From an uncultured Candidatus Binatia bacterium (GTDB taxonomy: Bacteria; Desulfobacterota; Binatia; UBA9968; JAJDTQ01), in assembly GCA_965242525.1 (NCBI GenBank), contig OZ251459.1, positions 2,176,001 to 2,240,000 of the forward strand: DNA of 64,000 nucleotides. Direction: 5' to 3'. The position numbers and the translations under genes are program-made. Position 1 is the first letter of the stretch, and every line of letters starts with the position of its first letter. Below, piece after piece: positions 19,129 to 26,485 of the stretch. Below the pieces are notes generated by a model. It ran no database searches. It saw only the letters and a program-made list of their open reading frames with translations, and was not told the origin of the DNA.

Positions 19129-20856
19129 TCAGCGCGGCGGCCGGCGATGCCACTCCTGGACGTTCCACAGGGTTGCGTCCCAGGCGTTGTGGCGCACCCC
19201 TCCGAGGGACAGCGCCCGGGCCGCCACCTCGCCCCGGTGGACCAGCGGGATCACCGCCCCGTCGCCCACCAGCATGTCGTTCATGCGCTTGGCGATTTCG
19301 GCGCGCCTCCCGATCCCCGGAGTCTTGGCAAGCAACGCCGCGAGTTCGTCGTACTCCGGGTTGCAGTAGCGTGAGATGTTGCGGCCGATCCACTGGTTCC
19401 CGGGCGCCGGGATCTCCTCGCACAGCCAACCCTGCAGGTATGCCTGGGGATCGGTGCCGTCGAAGTTGTTGGTGTACATCTGGATGTCCGCGTAGAACTT
19501 CTGGTAGGTGTCCGGGCTCGCCGGATCGCTGCCGAAGAACACCGACCCGCTGATGTTCTTCAACTCGGTCTCGACGCCGATCTCCCGCCACATCTGCTTG
19601 ACCAGGGCCTGGGTGCCCTGGCGGACCGAATTGGTGGAGGTCTGGTAGAGGATCGAAAGCCGCACCCCGTCCCTGGCGCGGACCCCGTCCGGGCCGCGCG
19701 CCCAGCCGGCTTCGTCCAGCAGCCGGTTGGCCCCGGCCACGTCCCGGGTCCTGCACCAGTCGTTGGCCGCGGAGGCATAGACCGGCGGGGCCGGGAGCAC
19801 GTTGCAGGTGACCCGACCCGCGGGGCCGTAACCCGCGTCCACCAGGACCTCCCGGTCGATGGCCATGGACAGGGCGCGCCGCACCGCGGGGTCCGAGAGG
19901 AAGGGGTGGGGGTTCCTGCCGTCCTGATAGGTGGAACGCTTGGCGCCCAGGGCCGGATCGGGGTTGGTGAGCTGCACCACCAGGCGCTCCACCAGGGTGC
20001 CGAAAGCGGACAACACTTCGCCCTTGCCCGCCTTGGCCATGACGGCGAGGATCTCCGGCTCCACCTGCAGGTTCCAGCCATAGTCGAACTCGCCGGTCTC
20101 CAGCACCGCCCGAGCCGACGAGACCGCGTCTCCACCGCCCTTCAGCAGGACCGAGGAGAAGGCCGGGCGGTCAGGGTCTCGGTAGCGGTCGTTGAGTACG
20201 TAGCGGACCACGTCGTTGGCCCGGAACTCCTGCACCTCGAAGGGGCCGGTGCCCACGGGACCGAAGTTCTCCTCCGTGCACTCCGGCGCCCTGGCGCCCA
20301 TGCACTTCTCGAACTGCTTCTTCTGGAGGACCGGACAGACCGAGCCGGCGAACGGGGCATAGGGGAACGGCATGGGGACGGCGAAGGAGATCCGCACCGT
20401 GTGGTCGTCCACCGCCTCCACGGACGCCACGTTCTGGAACCGGCTGGCCGCGTTGCAGCCGCCCTCGGGATGCATGCAGTAAGCCGCGGTGAAGGCCACG
20501 TCCGCGGCGGTGAACGGCGTGCCGTCCGACCACACCACGTCCTTTCGGAGCTTCCAGGTGATGGACTTGAGATCCGCGGCGACTCCGCGGTTGGCCACGG
20601 TGGGGATCTCCGACGCCAGGGCCGGCGACATGACGCCGTTCTCGTCGTAGCGCACCAGCGGCTCCAGGACCAGGGCGGCCGCGTGGATGTCCTTGGTCCC
20701 CCCCGACAGGAGCGGGTTCAGGATCGACGGCGCCTGCCAGTAGAGCAGCTTCAACTCGCCGTCCGCGCCGCGCCCGGCTTGCGCCGGGGACGCCAACGCC
20801 GCCAGAGCCGCCGCGGCCGCGATGAACAGTCCGAGCAATCGCATCTTCGCCCTCAT
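19129..20856 (-). CDS. Peptide ABC transporter substrate-binding protein (family 5)
   Basis: Signal peptide MRAKMRLLGLFIAAAAALAALASPAQA; WSDGTPFTAADV, PVGTGPF. Confidence 0.92.
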   Translation of the reverse strand: MRAKMRLLGLFIAAAAALAALASPAQAGRGADGELKLLYWQAPSILNPLLSGGTKDIHAAALVLEPLVRYDENGVMSPALASEIPTVANRGVAADLKSITWKLRKDVVWSDGTPFTAADVAFTAAYCMHPEGGCNAASRFQNVASVEAVDDHTVRISFAVPMPFPYAPFAGSVCPVLQKKQFEKCMGARAPECTEENFGPVGTGPFEVQEFRANDVVRYVLNDRYRDPDRPAFSSVLLKGGGDAVSSARAVLETGEFDYGWNLQVEPEILAVMAKAGKGEVLSAFGTLVERLVVQLTNPDPALGAKRSTYQDGRNPHPFLSDPAVRRALSMAIDREVLVDAGYGPAGRVTCNVLPAPPVYASAANDWCRTRDVAGANRLLDEAGWARGPDGVRARDGVRLSILYQTSTNSVRQGTQALVKQMWREIGVETELKNISGSVFFGSDPASPDTYQKFYADIQMYTNNFDGTDPQAYLQGWLCEEIPAPGNQWIGRNISRYCNPEYDELAALLAKTPGIGRRAEIAKRMNDMLVGDGAVIPLVHRGEVAARALSLGGVRHNAWDATLWNVQEWHRRPPR

Positions 20857-20880
20857 GCCCCCGCCCTCCGGGTCTCTTCC

Positions 20881-20989
20881 GGAACCTCCGGTCAATTCCG
20901 GCTCGACGTGTTTCTCCCTGTGAAAAAGCGCGTCCTTCGACTTCGCTACGCTACGCTCAGGACGAACGGGGCAATCGTTCGGGGTTTCC
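20881..20989. mobile_element. Type B MITE-like element (about 109 bp)
   Basis: Termini GGAACCTCCG.../...CGTTCGGGGTTTCC enclosing the REP-like core. Confidence 0.8.
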
Positions 20990-21011
20990 TTCGGCAAGGC
21001 CCGGTCCGCGG

Positions 21012-21863
21012 TCAACTGAACAGGACCTTGGCCATCTCCGACCGGTACCGGTCCGCCAACTCGCTTCCCGGCCCCAGGACCTCGAAGATCCGGACCATCG
21101 CCTTGCGGGCGCCGTCGTCCTCGAAGGCGCGGTCTTTGCGCAGCACCGCCAGGAACTCTTCCAACGCGGCCTCGTAGAGCTCTTCCGCGGCAAGGGCCTG
21201 GGCCAGCCGGAAACGCAACTCCACGCTGTCCGGGGCCGACGACAACCGCTGCCTGAGGGAATCCACGTCCGCGCCGTCCCCCTGGCTCAACTGCTGCCGG
21301 GCGATCAGCCGGTCGGCCTCCCTGCGCTCGGGCGAGCCCGGGGGCACCCGCTCGAGCAGCGCCAAGCCGCGCTCCGCATCCGTACCGAGCAGGATGCGTC
21401 CCATGCCGAGCAGCGCCCCCGCGTGGGGCGGCGACTCGTCCAGCACCTGTTGGTAGATTTTCGATGCCCCTTCCGCGTCGCCCCGGGACCACAACCCGTC
21501 CGCCTCGGCCGCCATCTCGTCCTGACGCGAGGGCGCCACCGAACCCAGGACCTCGCGGACTCCGGCTTCGGGAAGCGCCCCGGTGAACTCCGCGGCAACG
21601 GCGCCGTCCTTGAAGACCTTGACCGCGGGGATCCCCTGTATGCCGAAGCCGGACGCAAGCCCGGGGTTCTCGTCCACGTTGACCTTGGCCAGGAGGAGCT
21701 TGCCCTCGTATTCCTCCACCACCCGCTCCAGCACCGGACCCAGGACCCTGCACGGGCCGCACCACGGCGCCCAGAAGTCCACCGCCACCGGCGTTTCTTC
21801 GGAACGCTTCAGCACTTCCGCTTCGAACTCGGCGTCGCCAACGTCGAAAACCAGCGATTCCAT
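21012..21863 (-). CDS. Thioredoxin + TPR chaperedoxin (YbbN/CnoX-like)
   Basis: DFWAPWCGPC; C-terminal DDGARKAMVRIFEVLG...YR. Confidence 0.9.
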   Translation of the reverse strand: MESLVFDVGDAEFEAEVLKRSEETPVAVDFWAPWCGPCRVLGPVLERVVEEYEGKLLLAKVNVDENPGLASGFGIQGIPAVKVFKDGAVAAEFTGALPEAGVREVLGSVAPSRQDEMAAEADGLWSRGDAEGASKIYQQVLDESPPHAGALLGMGRILLGTDAERGLALLERVPPGSPERREADRLIARQQLSQGDGADVDSLRQRLSSAPDSVELRFRLAQALAAEELYEAALEEFLAVLRKDRAFEDDGARKAMVRIFEVLGPGSELADRYRSEMAKVLFS

Positions 21864-21919
21864 GATGTTCCGGGACCTTTCCGCAGGGCCGGACCGGGTA
21901 CGGGCGAGAGCCCGGCCCG

Positions 21920-22405
21920 CTATTCCCCGAGCGGGTCGAAGTCCGACCCGTTGAGGGTGAACCGACGCTCCACCGGGGTGGGCTTCAGGATCGTCTGCAT
22001 GACGTAGCACCCGTTCTCGGCGTTGCGGACCACTGCGGCCACCCGCTCCGCGGGCTCGTCGGACTCCAGGTCCAGCCTGGTCTCGAACCCGACCCCCTGG
22101 GCCTCCACGGTCTCCCGCAGCACCGACCCCTGGCTCTTGAAACGCCCGGTCACGTGGACCCGGGCCTTGCCGATCTTCACCTTCATCATTTCCCCGTACC
22201 GGGAAACCTGGGTCAGCAGTCAGAACCCCAGGGAAAGCGCGAAGTACGCCAACGGCGGCGGCGCGCTGTTGTCGCCGCCGGTCCGCTCGGCCTCGTCGCA
22301 CAGGACGGTGAACCCCCGGGCCTCGCCGCTCTTCTTCTGCCGTTCCAGGGCCGCGGCGTCGGCCTCGATCACGATCTCCCGCTTGACGGTCACGTCTTCG
22401 GCCAT
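21920..22405 (-). CDS. OsmC/Ohr-like protein, probable selenoprotein (in-frame TGA at codon 62)
   Basis: ORFs 22220-22405 and 21920-22189 are in the same frame: PPPLAYFALSLGF-TGA-LLTQVSRYGEMM; second Cys in AENGCYV; hairpin after the TGA. Confidence 0.8.
22189..22206 (-). promoter_or_regulatory. Putative bacterial SECIS hairpin
   Basis: UUUCCC-GGUACG-GGGAAA stem-loop starts 13 nt after the UGA, with G first in the apical loop. Confidence 0.6.
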
Positions 22406-22437
22406 ATATCAACCTCCAGGGTTTGGTTTGCGAAACA

Positions 22438-22677
22438 GGAACCTCCGAACGATCGGGACAGGGGGCAAGGCTTCCTTCGACTTCGCCTCGCGTCCTTCGA
22501 CTCCGCTTCGCTACGCTCAGGACGAACGGAGATGGGAGTCCACGCTCAAGGCGAACGGGGATGGGAGCGCAACCCTTCCCAACCGACTCGTGCTGGTCAC
22601 CCATGTTCAAGGCGAACGGGGATGGAGTGTCAGGGCGAGGGAGTCCATCCCGGATGCCTCGATCGTTCAGCGGTTCC
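22438..22677. mobile_element. Expanded type A MITE-like element (240 bp)
   Basis: TIRs GGAACCTCCGAACGATCG/CGATCGTTCAGCGGTTCC; core plus extra partial core units. Confidence 0.85.
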
Positions 22678-22743
22678 AAAGGTAACCCATCAGCCGGAGA
22701 CCGTCAATCGACCCGGCTGCACGAAGCACCGTCAAGCACCGTC

Positions 22744-23244
22744 ATGGCCCGGCGACACGCAGCCCTGATCCCGCTTTCACGCGACCATCACCAGGGGTTG
22801 ACCCTGGCCTTGCGCTGCCGCAAGCACGCCCTCGGGCAGCTCAACCCCGGCGACGCCGCATCCCTGGAGGCATGCGCCGCGGAAGCCTCCCGTTTCTTCG
22901 GCGAGAGCCTGACGCCCCACTTCGAGGCCGAAGAGAAGGTCCTGTTCCCGCTGATGGCGGAATACCGGGAGAGCCGGGAGCTCGTGGCCGAGCTCCGGGG
23001 CGAGCACCGGGAGTTCCACCGTCTGCTGGCGCGGGCCGGGGATCCCCGCGGGCTGCGGAAGTTCCTGTTCGACTTCGGCGACCTGCTGGAGCGGCACATA
23101 CGGAGCGAAGAGCGCGGCCTCTTCCCCGCCTTCGAGAGGCTCGTGCCGCAGGAGGAAGCCGACCGGGCCGGCCGGGAGTTGCGGCAAACCCTGGAAGGGA
23201 GCCGTGGGGCGTCCCGAGACCCCGAACTGCCGGAGTCGTCATGA
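22744..23244 (+). CDS. Hemerythrin-like (HHE cation-binding) protein
   Basis: LSRDHHQGL, HFEAEE, EHREF, HIRSEER. Confidence 0.85.
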   Translation: MARRHAALIPLSRDHHQGLTLALRCRKHALGQLNPGDAASLEACAAEASRFFGESLTPHFEAEEKVLFPLMAEYRESRELVAELRGEHREFHRLLARAGDPRGLRKFLFDFGDLLERHIRSEERGLFPAFERLVPQEEADRAGRELRQTLEGSRGASRDPELPESS

Positions 23245-23245
23245 C

Positions 23246-23756
23246 GAAACCCCGAACGGCCCTCCCCGTTCGTCCTGAGCGCAGCCGAAGCCGAGTCGAA
23301 GGACGCGTAGCGTAGTATCCTGTAACAGTGTCCAAGTCACTGGCATGGAGTATCTTGTCATGCACGGAAAACATGTCTTGCGCCGCATCCCCGCTGACAG
23401 AGCGAATGTTACAGGGTAGAAACCTCTGAACAATCGGGACAGAGAGCATGGGCGCGTCCTTCGACTTCGCTTCGCTACGCTCAGGACGAACGGGAATAGG
23501 GGCGTCAGGGTGAGGGAATCGGGAATCCATCCTGGATGTCTCGATTGTTCAGAGGTTTCGGTAGTAGTTCCCTGTAACAGCGACCGAGTCACTGGCGTGG
23601 AACATTCCATCATGCACCGCGAACATGGCTCGCGCTGTATCCCTGATGATAGAGTAACTGTTACAGGGTAGTAGTTTCCCGTTCGTCCTGAGCGAAGCGA
23701 AGCGAAGTCGAAGGACGCGCTTTCCCAAGGGAGAGCCGGCATTGAACGGACGTTCC
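23246..23756. repeat. Nested repeat mosaic: type B ends and cores, two 103-bp type C elements, one type A element
   Basis: B-left and core 23246-23307; C1 23316-23418; A 23419-23559 with GGTA duplication; C2 23568-23670; core and B-right 23678-23756. Confidence 0.85.
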
Positions 23757-23966
23757 ATGAACACCAAGACCGCGATCCTGTCCATCGACGGCCTGACCCC
23801 CGACACCGCAGCCGAGCTGTCGAAGACGCTCCGGGATGTCACGGGCGTCACCGAAGTCGATTTCTCGCTGGAACGAAAGGTAGTCGTGGTGGAGTTCGAC
23901 CCGGAGGCCGCAAGCGTGGACGGGCTCACGCGCGTGGTCCTGTCCAACGGCTACAAGGTCCTCTGA
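23757..23966 (+). CDS. HMA/CopZ-fold small protein lacking CxxC
   Basis: AILSIDGLTPDTA...GVTEVDFSLE...VEFDP...GYKV pattern. Confidence 0.7.
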   Translation: MNTKTAILSIDGLTPDTAAELSKTLRDVTGVTEVDFSLERKVVVVEFDPEAASVDGLTRVVLSNGYKVL

Positions 23967-24029
23967 CCCGCGGGGGTGAAACTCCCGTCCACGAGATGCG
24001 GACGGGGCCTTCGCCGTCTCGTTGGCCGG

Positions 24030-25628
24030 CTACTTGGTCACGTTGCGGTAATAGACCTGGTCGAAGTTCGAGCCGGCCACGAACCCCCGGACGTTGCGGC
24101 GGCGCGCGAACTGCTCGCTCTGCTGGAACATGACCACGTAGGGTCCCTCGGTCTGGAGACGCTCCTGTAGTTGCAGGTAGAGCTGCCTGCGCTTGGCCGG
24201 ATCCATCTCGTCGCGGGCCTGCACCACCATGGCGTTCAGGTCGTCCTGCGCCCATGCGTTGCGCCATGCGAGCACGCCGGTGAGCCCGGCCTCGGGGCGG
24301 TTGTCCGGGTTGTGCGCGAAGGAGTCCGCGTTGGAGTGCGGGTCCACGTAGTCCGGCGACCAGTGGGCCAGGATCAACTCGTGCTTGCGCCCCCGGTACC
24401 TGGGCCACAGGACCTTGCCTTCCCGGGCCACGACCCGGGCCTTGACGCCGACCCGCGCGAGGGTCGCCTGGACCGACCGCGCGATCAGTGGGAACGGCGG
24501 CGTGGTGAGGGTATCGATGCGCACTTCGAACCCGTCGCCGTGGCCTGCCTCGGCCAGCAGCGACTTGGCTTTCTCCACGTCGAGCCGGTACGGCGTCCCG
24601 GTATAGGCCGCCCACAGCCCCCTGGGCCAGAACGCCTGGTGCACCATGAACTGGCCCGCCAGGAAGGACTCCGCCATGCCCCGGTAGTCCACCGCGTGCC
24701 GCAGGGCCTGCACCACCTTGGCCTTGCCGAGGATCGGGTGCGATGCGTTGGCCGCCATATAGACCACCGTGCCGGTGGGAGAGCCGTCGATGGCCACGTC
24801 CGGGCGGCCCTCCACGGCCTTGATCTGGTCGGAGGTGAGGTTGCGCGCCAAGTCGATGTCGCCCTGCTCCAGCATCCGCCTCTGGGCGGAGGACTCGGGC
24901 ACGTGGCGCAGGACCACGCGCCGGGTCCCCGGAGGTCCCCGGCGGTAGTCGGGGTTGGCTTCGAGCGCCACCGACTCGTTGGCGGTCCAGCTATCGAGCC
25001 GGAACGGACCGGAGCCCGCGCTGTGGGACTTCAGCCACTCGTGGCCCAGGTCCCCGTCCTTCTCGTGGGCGAGCGCGAGTCGTTTGTCCACCACCGAGCC
25101 GACGCCGGCCGAGAGCACGTTCAACACGAGACCCGGGGAGAAGTCCTCCACGATGGTGACGCGCACGCGGCGTTGGTCCACCACCTGGACCAGGTCCTCT
25201 ACGTTGTCCGCGTTCCAGCCCAACTGGGTGAGGATGAAGGCCGGGGTCTTGTCGAGTTTCACCACCCGCTCCAGGGAGAACTCCACGTCCTCGGGACGCA
25301 CCGGGTTGCCGGAGTGGAACCTGAGACCCTGCCGGATCCGGAAGGTGACGGTCTTGCCGTCGGCGCTCACCGTGTGGCTCTCGGCGACGCCGCCCACGAG
25401 CCTGTCCGGGGCCTCGGGCTCGAACGTCATGATGCGGTCGTAGATGTTGGCCAGGAGCTCGCCGGCGGTGAACTCGAAGGCTTCGGCCGGGTCCAGGGTA
25501 ACCATGTCGGCCATGTCCTTGGCCATGACCAGGGTGTCCCCGGGGGTCACGGCCCGGACCGACGCCGCGGCAAGGATCAACGCCAACGCACACGACAGGA
25601 CGCCTGACAGGCGGAGATAAAGACACAT
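24030..25628 (-). CDS. ABC transporter substrate-binding protein (family 5)
   Basis: TLDPAEAFE, FHSGNPV, AGSGPF, WSPDYVDPHSNA. Confidence 0.9.
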   Translation of the reverse strand: MCLYLRLSGVLSCALALILAAASVRAVTPGDTLVMAKDMADMVTLDPAEAFEFTAGELLANIYDRIMTFEPEAPDRLVGGVAESHTVSADGKTVTFRIRQGLRFHSGNPVRPEDVEFSLERVVKLDKTPAFILTQLGWNADNVEDLVQVVDQRRVRVTIVEDFSPGLVLNVLSAGVGSVVDKRLALAHEKDGDLGHEWLKSHSAGSGPFRLDSWTANESVALEANPDYRRGPPGTRRVVLRHVPESSAQRRMLEQGDIDLARNLTSDQIKAVEGRPDVAIDGSPTGTVVYMAANASHPILGKAKVVQALRHAVDYRGMAESFLAGQFMVHQAFWPRGLWAAYTGTPYRLDVEKAKSLLAEAGHGDGFEVRIDTLTTPPFPLIARSVQATLARVGVKARVVAREGKVLWPRYRGRKHELILAHWSPDYVDPHSNADSFAHNPDNRPEAGLTGVLAWRNAWAQDDLNAMVVQARDEMDPAKRRQLYLQLQERLQTEGPYVVMFQQSEQFARRRNVRGFVAGSNFDQVYYRNVTK

Positions 25629-25735
25629 GGGAAAGCCTCCTGGTATCACAGCGGTCAGCGGGGCCGCGCAGCCGGCGTTCTCATCCCTGCCATACGTGCG
25701 AGGCGAACACAATCTGGCGTCGCTCCGACACAACG

Positions 25736-25903
25736 CTATTTCCTGACGAAACCGACGTAAACGTAGAGCGCAACCAGAACGCCTGAGACCACCAGGCGGA
25801 TATTGCCGTAGAAGGGATCGACCCGGAGTCCCAGGAACATAGCCCCGGAAACGACGAGATAGAGAACCGCCAGGGCGACGACGTGAACCAGGATCTTCAA
25901 CAT
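25736..25903 (-). CDS. Small two-TM membrane protein
   Basis: MLKILVHVVALAVLYLVV...VLVALYVYVGF. Confidence 0.45.
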   Translation of the reverse strand: MLKILVHVVALAVLYLVVSGAMFLGLRVDPFYGNIRLVVSGVLVALYVYVGFVRK

Positions 25904-25914
25904 GCCTAGGTCAC

Positions 25915-26100
25915 GGGATGGGAGTGCGATGATCGTCTCGTGCGCCGGAAGCGGAATGGCGCGCAACTCGGTGACGCATACTTGGGCGTTGCCGTTGACG
26001 GGTGGAAGCAAGTGTCGAGAAGGTGGCCGTTGTAGAGCGCCATCAAGCTCCATGCCTTCTCTTCTGAGAATGCGCCGCCGGACCGATGGACGTAGTTCAA
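25915..26100 (-). pseudogene. Frameshifted C-terminal fragment of an Eco57I/BsuBI-like DNA methyltransferase
   Basis: NYVHR...LMALYNGHLLDTCF then, in another frame, VNGNAQVCVTELRAIPLP. Confidence 0.5.
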
Positions 26101-26101
26101 A

Positions 26102-26192
26102 GGGTGCGGGCGGGGGGGACTCGACCCCCCCTGTGGCCTACTTGGCCCAGTGTTCGACAGTGAGTGGCTTCGTACTGCATGCGCATGTCCGC
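26102..26192 (-). pseudogene. Degenerate tRNA-like remnant (Leu/Ser class, long variable arm)
   Basis: Minus strand ends ...GGCC-AAGTA-GGCC...GGGGGGTCGAGTCCCCCCCGCCCGCACC; 5' GCGGAC partly pairs with the 3' acceptor strand. Confidence 0.35.
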
Positions 26193-26485
26193 TCCCCTCC
26201 TGGAGGACCCGCTAAGCCACGAGCTCGCACACGCCATCAAGCCTGAGTTTGATTCGCATTTCTACCTCCTTCTCTGATATGAACTCAATGCCCACAGGGG
26301 ACACGAGACCCAAGAAGGATCGAACATGCGCGACAGCCTTGAAGCCACACACAAAGTCACCCACCATATTAGCCAAGCTCTGAAACTGAGGACAGGGTAG
26401 CAAATATCCCGTACGATTTCAATATGTAGAATTGTCCAATGATCCATCTACCTTCGATCTTTGCCACGGGACCGGTTCCCCTTGC

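Noticed and set aside
26428-26441. 14-bp identity (AGAATTGTCCAATG) with 63886-63899 as island att sites
   Set aside because: The match is short, the 37 kb between the copies is mostly core genes, and chance is a plausible explanation.
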